A DNA stretch of 64,000 bases. It comes from a virus (lineage: Duplodnaviria > Heunggongvirae > Uroviricota > Caudoviricetes). Position 1 is the first letter of the stretch. Every line of letters starts with the position of its first letter. The stretch is from positions 37,772-101,771 of IMG/VR virus record IMGVR_UViG_3300026533_000003; one strand, given 5' to 3'. Positions 18,823 to 27,868 of the stretch are shown here, one piece after another. The notes beneath the pieces were generated by a model. That model saw nothing but the letters and a program-made list of their open reading frames with translations, did no database searches and was not told where the DNA came from. The position numbers were made by a program, and so were the translations under genes.

Positions 18823-20319
18823 TTATACCATTAAGATATCAGTTGTGCCTTTCACTTTCATAGGGTTGTTCTCACAACATACGAAGAAGGTTGATAGGTT
18901 CCTTAGACGAGGGTGTTTAGCCCACTCTTGAGGAATGTCTGAGTAGTTATCAGAGTAAGATAGGAAGATAGTTTTGTTAAGGTCCTTAACGTTGTTATCT
19001 ATCCAGTCGAATACATCTGAGTGGCTAGTGCCTCCTACTACGAATCTAGTTGCTAAGGCTTCTTTGAATTGCTTGTTTTCTGCAATATCATAGTCACTTT
19101 CTAATACGAATTCCTTAACTATACGGGTATCGTGGATAAGCACTGTTAGTTTAGTTATCTGCTTAGATACATCTTCCATTAGGTATAGGAGACGCTGCAA
19201 GGCCTCTGTGGATACTGAGCCTGAGTGATCTACTGATAGTACTAGTTCTAGTTTGGTATCGAAGAATTGCTTCTTAGGTGCCTTATAGATACGACGGTAG
19301 GTATTGTTAAGGTTAGCCCAGTTTGTGCTGTAGTCGTGAGTCATGTAATAGACTTGGCGTTTGAATGAGGCCTTTATCTTCTTGAACCAACCTGTCTCTA
19401 CTTTTATAGATCCGAATAGGGAGTTCATAAGTTTCCCGGCTGTTGTGCCTTTAGTGTTTGTTTGGATTACATCTTGGATTGCTTCGGATAGGTCTGACAT
19501 TGCTGTGTCCAGGTCGTCTACTGAGGTGTCGGTTGCTTTAGTTTTAGCACTTTTACCTCCGTCTTCGTCAGTAGCGTCCCCCTCGTTACCACCGGGATTG
19601 GTTGGTTGAGTAGTTTCTTTACCGTCGAACTCTACTTTGGACATACAGTTAGATACTTGAGTAACTTTAGGTTGCTCGGCACCTTCTTTTAGTAGTTTAA
19701 GGATCTCTATATCGGATAGTTGGTCTTTATGGTATTGGGCATTATATAGGCCTATAGGCTCTATGGTACTCCAGTGAGACTTCAGCTGAGATGCCATAAA
19801 GAGATCTTTTATGCTGTAGTTGATTGCGTAGTCCTCTGCGATATTGACTACTTGGTGAGGGTCTTGTAGGCCATCAGCTATTCGTAACATCATAGTGTTG
19901 TAGCCGCTAGTTATATGCTTACGGATAATATGCTGTAGCTCATGCATATATACAAAGGCAAAGAATACACCATGCCGCTCCATGTGACGCGCTATAGTTT
20001 TTAGTTCGGTTTCATTATGGTATAGGAATTTAAAGTGTACCTCCACATGGTTACCCATCTCTACATACGCTCCAAAGTAGTTCATAAATGTTTTTAACTC
20101 TTTGTCTAGTTTTGGAAGTGGGGCGTTAGTTTGCTCAATTGTTACCTTTACTGGCAGCTTAAGGAATAGTCCTGTACTTAGACCAGCTGTCTTAGTCTTA
20201 CCTAGTAGCAGGTTAGTGTTCTTGGCAATTTCTTTATATACAAAGTCTTCTGCTGTTTTTATAAATTCTGGTATTGTCATATTGGTTCCTTTAATAATTT
20301 GGTAGTGTAGTCTTTTCAA
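18823..20319 (-). CDS. vWA-domain protein with HExxH metallopeptidase-like motif (partner of the MoxR-like ATPase; CobT/ViaA-like)
   Basis: C-terminal MIDAS motif 'LVLSVDHSGSV' (DxSxS); 'MHELQH' zincin-like motif; acidic low-complexity linker; 498 aa. Confidence 0.65.
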   Translation of the reverse strand: MKRLHYQIIKGTNMTIPEFIKTAEDFVYKEIAKNTNLLLGKTKTAGLSTGLFLKLPVKVTIEQTNAPLPKLDKELKTFMNYFGAYVEMGNHVEVHFKFLYHNETELKTIARHMERHGVFFAFVYMHELQHIIRKHITSGYNTMMLRIADGLQDPHQVVNIAEDYAINYSIKDLFMASQLKSHWSTIEPIGLYNAQYHKDQLSDIEILKLLKEGAEQPKVTQVSNCMSKVEFDGKETTQPTNPGGNEGDATDEDGGKSAKTKATDTSVDDLDTAMSDLSEAIQDVIQTNTKGTTAGKLMNSLFGSIKVETGWFKKIKASFKRQVYYMTHDYSTNWANLNNTYRRIYKAPKKQFFDTKLELVLSVDHSGSVSTEALQRLLYLMEDVSKQITKLTVLIHDTRIVKEFVLESDYDIAENKQFKEALATRFVVGGTSHSDVFDWIDNNVKDLNKTIFLSYSDNYSDIPQEWAKHPRLRNLSTFFVCCENNPMKVKGTTDILMV

Positions 20320-20491
20320 GCAGAGAATCCCATACTATATTGAATACCTCATCTTTATCTTTTGAAGCTACTAGGTGTGGTAATAGCACTCTAGTGGACG
20401 GTCTTAGTGTCTTTATATAGGCTGCTTTGCTGTCTAGTGAGATGCAATTATATATAGCTTTCTTTATTATAGCTTTTTCAAAGTCTGTCAT
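20291..20491 (-). CDS. small protein, MNDF family
   Basis: N-terminus 'MTDFEKAIIKKAIY'; ATGA start/stop overlap with the next member. Confidence 0.4.
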   Translation of the reverse strand: MTDFEKAIIKKAIYNCISLDSKAAYIKTLRPSTRVLLPHLVASKDKDEVFNIVWDSLLEKTTLPNY

Positions 20492-20724
20492 TAGAGGTAG
20501 CCTTTCATAGAGCTTATCAGTTTGAATACTTGCTCTGCGGCATTGGCTGAGATTGATGCTTCTGTTAAGGTGTCCCTTATCTTTACAGCATACTCTTTCT
20601 TCTTCTCAAACGGTAGGTTGGATGCAGCTATATTATGCATTAGATTAGTTAGTTGTTGTGCATCGACAGGTGGTTGCAGGTTCTCTACAGCTTTAATTGC
20701 GATGTTTATTGTAAAGTCGTTCAT
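20491..20724 (-). CDS. small protein, MNDF family
   Basis: N-terminus 'MNDFTINIAIKAVE'. Confidence 0.4.
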   Translation of the reverse strand: MNDFTINIAIKAVENLQPPVDAQQLTNLMHNIAASNLPFEKKKEYAVKIRDTLTEASISANAAEQVFKLISSMKGYL

Positions 20725-20735
20725 ATGGTAGTCCC

Positions 20736-20936
20736 TTAGTATCTTAGCTTTTTTATGAATAACACTTCTGCTGGAGATCTTGCCTCTTTTGCTACCATTA
20801 TCTTAAGGTGTAGCATCTTAGCAAGGCGAGAATTTATATCTATTACTTCACAGAACTTGTCTCGTTGCTCTTGCGTTAGATAAATTTCTTTATTTAGAAT
20901 TGCTTCTTTCATTATTGCGTATGAGAAGTTATCCAT
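20736..20936 (-). CDS. small protein, MNDF family
   Basis: N-terminus 'MDNFSYAIMKEAIL'. Confidence 0.4.
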   Translation of the reverse strand: MDNFSYAIMKEAILNKEIYLTQEQRDKFCEVIDINSRLAKMLHLKIMVAKEARSPAEVLFIKKLRY

Positions 20937-21204
20937 TAGCGTCTATCCTTAATTGTAGCCATCGAAAGAACACTGAGGTATTAGGTCCCCATTCCCAAGG
21001 TTTAGTTACCTTTGATAGGTATTCGGTGACTACTACATCTGCAGGAGTGTACTTCTGGGTCTTTACCAGTGGCACTAAGAGGTCTTTACATAAGTCCTCT
21101 AGAGTATCACTAGGGATGGGTGTACCTCGTTCTATGTTACGCATAGCTATTTCTTTACTGAATTTATTCATATAGGTACTCCTGTACTGCTTTGATGCTG
21201 TCAA
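20929..21204 (-). CDS. small protein, MNDF family (probable internal start 'MNKFSKEIAMRNI')
   Basis: Family motif 11 codons into the ORF. Confidence 0.35.
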   Translation of the reverse strand: MTASKQYRSTYMNKFSKEIAMRNIERGTPIPSDTLEDLCKDLLVPLVKTQKYTPADVVVTEYLSKVTKPWEWGPNTSVFFRWLQLRIDANG

Positions 21205-21427
21205 GTAGGTCGGGGTCAGTAGCGGTTTGTTGGGCTGCTGCTAGGCGAAATAGTGCTTGGGTTTTAGGCATTGTCCTTACCTCTCCAAGGATCTGTGAGA
21301 AGAGTGGATGCTGTAATGCGCTACTTGCTTCTAGAAGGTCTGCGTGGCGTAGACGGGAGTTCTCCTCCGTAATTTCGTATGAGGTCTTTGGCTGAGTGGT
21401 ACTTGGGGATATCGTTAGGTGACGCAT
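21164..21427 (-). CDS. hypothetical protein
   Basis: 87-aa ORF; overlaps 21321..21575 in another frame, so one of the two may not be real. Confidence 0.2.
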   Translation of the reverse strand: MRHLTISPSTTQPKTSYEITEENSRLRHADLLEASSALQHPLFSQILGEVRTMPKTQALFRLAAAQQTATDPDLLDSIKAVQEYLYE

Positions 21428-21575
21428 CTGCTTTCTCTCTTTCAGTTAGTTTATTTAAATCTTTACCGAGTTGCAGAAGGGTATCCACAGAGCCCATAGC
21501 TGCGTACCTAGCCGTTAATAGGACTCGTTGGTGTATTGGGTTATGGAGATGAAATTGTTTGCTGAGGGGCTGCAT
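21321..21575 (-). CDS. hypothetical protein
   Basis: 84-aa ORF. Confidence 0.25.
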   Translation of the reverse strand: MQPLSKQFHLHNPIHQRVLLTARYAAMGSVDTLLQLGKDLNKLTEREKADASPNDIPKYHSAKDLIRNYGGELPSTPRRPSRSK

Positions 21576-21803
21576 AGAGGTCCTTTACGTAGTTTGATAT
21601 TGCTTCTGCTGCTACGTTATATATAGATGCTGACACAGGACCACTAATGGCTGTGCGTAGATAGTCTACATCTAAGGCTGCTTCGAATAGGATAGAGGAT
21701 TTGCTGAGGCCGCTATATCTTCTAAGTATTAGAACGTGCTGTTCTGCTGAATTAGCATAGATAAGAGTTGGGGTACTTGTGGTAGGCTGCTCATAGCCAT
21801 TAC

Positions 21804-22802
21804 TTAGTGAATATACTCTGATGCTATTTCGAATAGCTTTGCATGCTCTTTGAAGCTTAGCGTTCCTAATAGTTCTTTATCTTCTTTCTTGAGCTTCTTA
21901 AGCATTTCTGCTGGTGGTTCTTTATCTACCATTTGTAGTAGGATTGCTTCTAGTCCTACAGAGATTGGCTTACCTTTTTCGTAGTTTAGGAATGCTGTGA
22001 ACATTTCTCCCACAATAAAGCCTATGAAGTTAGATGAGCTAATGTTATTATCGATTAACTGCATTACGTACTTAGCATCGTCGATAGTCTCAACGTAGTT
22101 AATAATGTAGGCATAGAGGATTTGGTCTAATGGCTTAAGGTTGGCAATATCCATCTGCTTCTTAGCAGCTACTATACTTGTAAAGTCAATAGCCTCTATG
22201 TAGGCGATATGTTTAGATAGTTCTGCTGCTGCTGCTTTAGATACCTTTTGTTTAGCTAGGAGAGTTGTATTTTCTTGCAAGAAACTACGGTCGTATAGTT
22301 CGAACTCATTTGCTAAGTGAGTCCAAGAGCGTGGAGTACCGAATTGTTCTATTTCAGTGGACTCGTCTTCTTGGCAATACGATGCATGTGTTCGTAAGAA
22401 TGAGCTGATGTAGAAGTGTAGTTGCTTACCGAAGTTCTCAAACCAGTAGTCGAAGTCGAAGTTTACTGGTAACATACCCATGCGGTCTTTAATTGGGGAA
22501 TCTACTCCTGAGAACCCTGCTTCTTCTGAGTCGTTCATTGCACCCATAATGGCTACTTTCTCGTGTAGACGAAATGAGCCTAGTTTACGTTCTCCTAAGA
22601 GCCCGTAGAGGTAGGGAGCTACTGCCATGTTTACACGGTGAAGATCGTCGATGAATAGGATACAACCATTCTTGCCCTCTTCAATTGCAATACGGTTAGC
22701 TGTTTCTATGATTTGAGGTACTGACCATTTAGTAGCCATTGAGTTAACTGTGCCTGTGACTGAGTACTGGTCCATGTGGTGTGCAGGGATGAAGTCTGGA
22801 AT
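21804..22802 (-). CDS. MoxR/CobS-like AAA+ ATPase, 3' exon (Walker B to C-terminus)
   Basis: 'GCILFIDDLHRVNMAVAPYLYGLLGERKLG' is the MoxR-type Walker B / sensor region; Walker A is absent from this ORF. The in-frame stop-free upstream extension 'IPDFIPAHH' runs back to 22802. Confidence 0.7.
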   Translation of the reverse strand: MPDFIPAHHMDQYSVTGTVNSMATKWSVPQIIETANRIAIEEGKNGCILFIDDLHRVNMAVAPYLYGLLGERKLGSFRLHEKVAIMGAMNDSEEAGFSGVDSPIKDRMGMLPVNFDFDYWFENFGKQLHFYISSFLRTHASYCQEDESTEIEQFGTPRSWTHLANEFELYDRSFLQENTTLLAKQKVSKAAAAELSKHIAYIEAIDFTSIVAAKKQMDIANLKPLDQILYAYIINYVETIDDAKYVMQLIDNNISSSNFIGFIVGEMFTAFLNYEKGKPISVGLEAILLQMVDKEPPAEMLKKLKKEDKELLGTLSFKEHAKLFEIASEYIH

Positions 22803-23888
22803 CGCTTATATTCAGTAGTTATCGTTAGTAACTACCCGCACCATTACGTGCTGCTACACCTCTCGGTGTAGGCTAGACTATATCTTCATCTTTATGTCTT
22901 AACTTTCTTGAACAGGGGAGGCAATATTGAATTGCACCTTCTGCTGATCTAACCATCGTTTGTGTCCACGGACTACTTATTTCGTTAGAACAATTATTAC
23001 AGGTGTATACGCCGAACCACTTGAATTTAAGCTTGTCGCCTATTAGTAGCTGTTTGTATTGCACACCTATTATTGTTCTTCCCCCGATATCTTCGCCGAT
23101 GTGCGTCATGTACTGCTCGAACATATTAGCCTGAACTGTGTGAGTTTTAGTCTTTGCAGACTGAGCTCTTACATTTAGATTCTGGTTATCTGCCGAGTGT
23201 TGCATGTTCTCTGCGTGTGTTACCCATTCTAGATTCTCTACAGTATTATTAGTACCGTCTTTATCTTTGTGGTTAACAAATGGCTTGTTATTAGGGTTAG
23301 GAATAAATGCTTCTGCCACTAGTCTATGCATGTGTACTGTATAATTATTGCCGTTATTAGATAACGAAGCTTTAACGTAAGTTGTATGCATTTGCTTGTG
23401 GTAGCTGCCTGAGCGTACCTTAGTACCGCTCTTAGTCGTGATACGTAAGTTGCCTTTGTCTGATACCTCGTAACGAGTACCGTACTTAGGACTTACTGGT
23501 TTGAATGTTTCTTGATTTTCCATTATACTTCCTTAAATTAGATAAGTAAGTATACCGAAAAATTTCTTAAAGTTAAATAAAGATGTCCCCCATTTCCACT
23601 CACTTGAGTGTACGAGCACAATGCTCTAGTCGTTGAACCTTCTCCTGCACGGAGCTTGGCTGCTGATTGCCTCTATCATTTACTTTTCTAACCGTCAACA
23701 TCTGCTTTCGCGATGCTTGTGGTGTAAATGCTTAACAAGGGTTCCCAGCAATTAAAGGGATGCTAACTACGTATCACTACGTAGAAGGGCTGTAACGTTC
23801 AGCTATTTAGTCTTATCAATAACACTACTATCATTTGTTTATTCTCATCATAGTGTTTTAGGGATACTGTTAATAGCTCACGTCGTTA
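22803..23888 (-). mobile_element. putative group I intron (~1.09 kb) interrupting the MoxR-like ATPase gene, carrying an HNH homing endonuclease
   Basis: The 5' exon ends …GGU|UAA and the 3' end is …AAGCG|AUU. A ~360-nt ORF-free, GC-richer structured segment (23524-23885) lies upstream of the HEG. A GNRA-capped hairpin 'CCUACACC GAGA GGUGUAGC' lies downstream of the HEG. Confidence 0.5.
22873..23523 (-). CDS. HNH homing endonuclease (intron-encoded)
   Basis: 'VNHKDKDGTNNTVENLEWVTHAENMQHS' HNH motif; C-terminal Cys cluster 'CNNCSNE...CLPCSRK'. Confidence 0.75.
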   Translation of the reverse strand: MENQETFKPVSPKYGTRYEVSDKGNLRITTKSGTKVRSGSYHKQMHTTYVKASLSNNGNNYTVHMHRLVAEAFIPNPNNKPFVNHKDKDGTNNTVENLEWVTHAENMQHSADNQNLNVRAQSAKTKTHTVQANMFEQYMTHIGEDIGGRTIIGVQYKQLLIGDKLKFKWFGVYTCNNCSNEISSPWTQTMVRSAEGAIQYCLPCSRKLRHKDEDIV

Positions 23889-24086
23889 ACCAGAAAGTTC
23901 TTCCGTACTTACTTCCGGGATCGATACTTGCACAACACCCATGTTTAAGTCTTTCGCTATCTTATATAGAGTTTGTGTTTTCCCGATACCAGGTTTACCA
24001 GCGATAGTTATACCTCCTCCGATGTCTGCTCCAGAAAGTTGGCCCTCGATGTTGGTGCGTAAAATTTTTATTATTGTGTTGTTCAT
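23886..24086 (-). CDS. MoxR/CobS-like AAA+ ATPase, 5' exon (Walker A)
   Basis: 'IAGKPGIGKTQTLYKIAKDL' is a Walker A P-loop. 66 aa ending at a stop, then the intron-like sequence. Overlaps the upstream gene by 4 nt. Confidence 0.7.
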   Translation of the reverse strand: MNNTIIKILRTNIEGQLSGADIGGGITIAGKPGIGKTQTLYKIAKDLNMGVVQVSIPEVSTEELSG

Positions 24087-25132
24087 TGGTTGTTTCCTTT
24101 TAATATTGTTTTAAGTAGTTCATTTGTGTATGTTGTTGCTGTTTGCATGTCTTGATAGCTTTCAGTAAAGGCTTCTAGGGTTGCTGTGCTTTTGTCGCTG
24201 CGGTTGTTATCTAGTTCCTCTACTAGTTGATCTATTGCGATGTCATAGTAGGGGTGGTGACTTTTAGTAGCTAAGGCTGAGAGGATTACCAGTTTATCTA
24301 TTGCGTAGATTACGTCGTAGTTACTCATTGTAGATGGTTTAGCTATCCCGGTTACGTACTTGTGAAGACAGTTAGCTGGAAGGTTTAAGCCAGATATTCT
24401 TAGAGATACTCCTAGGGACCGGGCTGCTAAAAAGAAGAAGTGTTCAGAGAAATGTATGTGCTTGCTTATTGACTTATCAGTATCTGAGGCTAAGTCTCTT
24501 ACAGTTCTAACCATATCTATAGCTCTCTCTTCACGTTTTAAGTAGGAGTCTACGTTTGCGGAATTTATTAGTCTATCTACTAGGGCTTTAGATTTGGTCT
24601 TAGCGTTATCTAGTAGCAGTTTACGGTAGCCTTCTTGAGCTATTACTTCAGACTCTTCACTAGGAGTAGGCAGGTTATCTAAGTAACGAATTACATCCTT
24701 ACCTGATAGCTTTTTATGGGACTCTAAATGCTTCTTGAATATTGCTAGAGAGAATTGGTTAAGAGATAGCTCTTTGCTATTTTCGTTGAAGTTAGCCGAT
24801 AGTTGCATCTCCCTTGCCTTAGTATAACCCTTGCTTGGTAGTATTTCTTTAAGTAGTTCCTTAGGGATTTGGTTTATTATAGTCTCGATAGTGCGGTCTT
24901 TAGTCATATAAATGTTAGCGGCTTTCTGCGCCATTGACCTTTGCTCCCAGCCAAAGCTAGAATAATTGTATCTACCGCTACTTAATCCTGCAAAATTCAC
25001 TAGGAGGAAAGCTTCTAATGGTGTTGCCTTTACTAGCATTGATACACATGGGTCAACACTACCACTTAATGCTGCTGTTAAGTCTTCTTTGAATCTTTGG
25101 TCGTTGAGTTTACTTAGTATTTCTTGTTGCAT
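24083..25132 (-). CDS. hypothetical protein (first gene of the MoxR/vWA operon)
   Basis: 349 aa, translationally coupled to the ATPase 5' exon. Confidence 0.3.
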   Translation of the reverse strand: MQQEILSKLNDQRFKEDLTAALSGSVDPCVSMLVKATPLEAFLLVNFAGLSSGRYNYSSFGWEQRSMAQKAANIYMTKDRTIETIINQIPKELLKEILPSKGYTKAREMQLSANFNENSKELSLNQFSLAIFKKHLESHKKLSGKDVIRYLDNLPTPSEESEVIAQEGYRKLLLDNAKTKSKALVDRLINSANVDSYLKREERAIDMVRTVRDLASDTDKSISKHIHFSEHFFFLAARSLGVSLRISGLNLPANCLHKYVTGIAKPSTMSNYDVIYAIDKLVILSALATKSHHPYYDIAIDQLVEELDNNRSDKSTATLEAFTESYQDMQTATTYTNELLKTILKGNNQ

Positions 25133-25380
25133 ATTTATCCTTTAATATATTAGTTATTATCGTTATATTAGTTGGTAATCACTAATATATTAGTTAAAGC
25201 GGTGGTTATCTACGCCACCTAGCCTTATGCTTTGCTGAGCCATCATTTGCAGCTACTGCAACCGATACAAGTAGCGATATCACCTGTAGATAAGTCAGGT
25301 CTACGATTATAGAGCGGGAGCTCTTGTCCAGGTAAGTTGCCATCACTATTTATAAGAGGACTCGTACCTCAACCCTAAGA

Positions 25381-25659
25381 CTAGGCCTTTTTGTAAGTTT
25401 TACCCTTATAAATTATAGTACCGTTTGATTTAGGGATGGGAGTGTTATGAATCTTCTTAGCTTTCATTTTGGCTTGGTACCTTGCTAGTTGCACTGGTTG
25501 AGGGTTTGCAGTTCCTGCGTCTCTTTTCCACTTACCTAGAGTAGATACTCCGATGTTAAACTCAGCAGCAATTCTAGCTACTGGTGTTGACTTTGTGCGT
25601 TTTACTGCTGCTGTCACTAAGGCTTTTGGGTAAGCCATACCATTTCTAATTGTTCTCAT
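25381..25659 (-). CDS. HTH DNA-binding protein (IS3-OrfA-like helix-turn-helix)
   Basis: 'VARIAAEFNIGVSTLGKWKR'. Confidence 0.4.
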   Translation of the reverse strand: MRTIRNGMAYPKALVTAAVKRTKSTPVARIAAEFNIGVSTLGKWKRDAGTANPQPVQLARYQAKMKAKKIHNTPIPKSNGTIIYKGKTYKKA

Positions 25660-25668
25660 ATTTATCCT

Positions 25669-26463
25669 TTACCATACAGGTATATAGTTGTTGTTAGGAA
25701 GATACTTTCGTACCTTACTGGGTTTCTTATAGGTCTTCTCTTGTCCGTCTTTTAACCATTTAGGTTTAAAGATTAATGAGAGTTGACGAGCTAGTTCTGT
25801 TTTCTCAGTAAGCAACGCTGTGTTTAATGCCCTGGCTTTCACTATGTCTAAATGAAAACCAAGTGCTGTTTGCTCTGCTATTATACTTGCCGCTTTGTGC
25901 TCAATATCTACCACTGCCTCTATAGGAAAGTTAGACTTAGCTAATAGGAATAGTAGTAATCTGGAAGTTAGGCTCACATCCTGGTTACAGTATATGGCCA
26001 TCTCTCTGTTGAGGTGTGAGAAGTCTTCGTAATCTATCTTGAAGTCTCCCATACGTTGTCCAAATGCTTTGGCTGAGTAGGAGCCGAATAGTTTCTTATC
26101 CACGCCAAGGTCACCATCCATTGCAAACAGGTCATCTTTAGAGAAGACTATTTTCGCAAGGATTAAAGTGTCGAGAGGAGTGGATACTATGTCGGTACCT
26201 GCTAGTTTCTGCATCATTGGTACGTCATACCCCATGATGTTATGACCTGCGTTGTAGTCACAAGTGTTTATAAGTGTTACAGCTTGCATTATGCTACCGT
26301 GTGAGTAAGGTACCCAGTGTATGGTGAATATCTTAGCAGGTTCGATTATAACTTCGTCTCTTACTATCTCCACCGACACACAGAATATCTTTGTACTGGG
26401 TATCCAGTCTGCTTCGATATCCCAAACGGCAATGGTTTTTCCTTTAAGCCATTCAGGTATCAT
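25669..26463 (-). CDS. DEDDy 3'-5' exonuclease (DNA polymerase I proofreading-domain homolog, encoded as a separate gene)
   Basis: Exo I 'IAVWDIEADW', Exo II 'NIMGYDVPMM', Exo III 'YCNQDVSLT'; 264 aa. Roughly 8 kb separates it from the polymerase-domain gene. Confidence 0.7.
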   Translation of the reverse strand: MIPEWLKGKTIAVWDIEADWIPSTKIFCVSVEIVRDEVIIEPAKIFTIHWVPYSHGSIMQAVTLINTCDYNAGHNIMGYDVPMMQKLAGTDIVSTPLDTLILAKIVFSKDDLFAMDGDLGVDKKLFGSYSAKAFGQRMGDFKIDYEDFSHLNREMAIYCNQDVSLTSRLLLFLLAKSNFPIEAVVDIEHKAASIIAEQTALGFHLDIVKARALNTALLTEKTELARQLSLIFKPKWLKDGQEKTYKKPSKVRKYLPNNNYIPVW

Positions 26464-26465
26464 TA

Positions 26466-26819
26466 CTAGTCCTCTGAGTTAAGTGCTGTGGAGATTGTTT
26501 TAAGTATTGTTAGGTACTTATCACGTTCCATGCATGCTGCAGTGTTTGATGCTATCTCAGCCTCAAGCTTAGTACCAATATCGGCAACCTTTTCACCAAG
26601 TGATGTGATGGTCTCTTTAGCTCTTACAAGCTCTTCAGCAGTCTCTGAGCTAGTGTCATCCACTTGTTGTACAGGGTTAGCCTCATCGTATAGCTCGATG
26701 ATATCCTTAGCTTTAAAGTATGCAATAATTAGGATGTCATATAATAGGGACTTGTCTTCTGTGTCTATGTTTTCCTCTATCTCTACGATATCGGCTTTTA
26801 ACTGGTCTATTTTGTTCAT
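26466..26819 (-). CDS. hypothetical acidic protein
   Basis: 117-aa ORF. Confidence 0.25.
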   Translation of the reverse strand: MNKIDQLKADIVEIEENIDTEDKSLLYDILIIAYFKAKDIIELYDEANPVQQVDDTSSETAEELVRAKETITSLGEKVADIGTKLEAEIASNTAACMERDKYLTILKTISTALNSED

Positions 26820-26831
26820 TTAGAATTCCTT

Positions 26832-27035
26832 TTAAGATTGGGAGTTATTTTGCTCTGTTTTTATAGCGGCTATCATTGCGGTAAGGAGTGCCTTTTTAGT
26901 CGAGTGGTACCCTGTGTACTTATTCCCAGGGCCTTTAGTACTACATCGCACTACGCCGTCTGAATGGATGTAATTTCCCTTACCATCGCCTGCCCACCAT
27001 CCTGACGAGTTCTTCTCTATATTTACTATTTCCAT
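26832..27035 (-). CDS. hypothetical protein
   Basis: 67-aa ORF. Confidence 0.25.
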   Translation of the reverse strand: MEIVNIEKNSSGWWAGDGKGNYIHSDGVVRCSTKGPGNKYTGYHSTKKALLTAMIAAIKTEQNNSQS

Positions 27036-27511
27036 TAGAATTCCTTTGATGTGTTAGGGTTTCGCCTAGTCGTTGTTCTTATTTTAAAACCTTGTCTTAA
27101 GAGCTCTTTCTCAAAAGCGGTAATTCTCCAATGCTTAAACTTAAGTTCTTCTTTGTCTAACGCTAGTAGCTTTCGCATAGCCCTACTTACAGCCTGTACG
27201 TCCTCTTCCCGCTCTAATATTACTATGTCGATTGAGGGATAGGCTGTGTACTTGGCTAAGTGGTTACTACCACCTGTGGGCTGAACGTTAAAGTACTCCT
27301 CTATAGGGTAGTAGCTTACTTCGTTATGATGGCCTTCCATGAGGATGTCCCAGTTACGTTTCAATACTACGAAGTCATGGTCGGTGTACTTATTGGCTGA
27401 CAGCCCTAGGGCTCTGCTTCCTATTGGTATAGCACCTATGAAAGTCAGAGACTGTGGCACTAATTTAAAGTTACTGTTGCGTCCTTCAAAAGGATCGTGA
27501 TTATAGGCCAT
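27035..27511 (-). CDS. putative Pol-beta-superfamily nucleotidyltransferase (minimal NTase)
   Basis: 'IGSRALGLSANKYTDHDFVV' fits hG[GS]-x(9-13)-DhD. Confidence 0.35.
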   Translation of the reverse strand: MAYNHDPFEGRNSNFKLVPQSLTFIGAIPIGSRALGLSANKYTDHDFVVLKRNWDILMEGHHNEVSYYPIEEYFNVQPTGGSNHLAKYTAYPSIDIVILEREEDVQAVSRAMRKLLALDKEELKFKHWRITAFEKELLRQGFKIRTTTRRNPNTSKEF

Positions 27512-27520
27512 TAGCAGTCC

Positions 27521-27868
27521 TTAAAATGGAATCTCGTCTTCGTCTTCTCGACTGTACTGTACTGGCTGGCTACAGTCAGCACCTTCTTGAGCTGCTGAGC
27601 CTTTCTCTAATTTCTTAGGGGCTTTATGCGCTTTTTTACGTGCTTTCTCAACGGCCTTCTTGTCTGCTTTTTCTTTCTTATGTAAAGATTTAATTACTTC
27701 GTAAGTATTATAAGCGTAGTAGGTAATATCCTCTCCGCTATCTTTGTTAAAGAATGACTTTTTAATTCTAGTGAAGTTCTGTTGTATTAGATAAATATCC
27801 ATATCGGACTTCATCATGTTACATACCTTGGCTAAGGATGAAGAGGAGGCAGTCATTATAGTACCCAA
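27521..27868 (-). CDS. hypothetical Lys-rich protein
   Basis: 115-aa ORF with basic KKA repeats and an acidic tail. Confidence 0.25.
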   Translation of the reverse strand: MGTIMTASSSSLAKVCNMMKSDMDIYLIQQNFTRIKKSFFNKDSGEDITYYAYNTYEVIKSLHKKEKADKKAVEKARKKAHKAPKKLEKGSAAQEGADCSQPVQYSREDEDEIPF

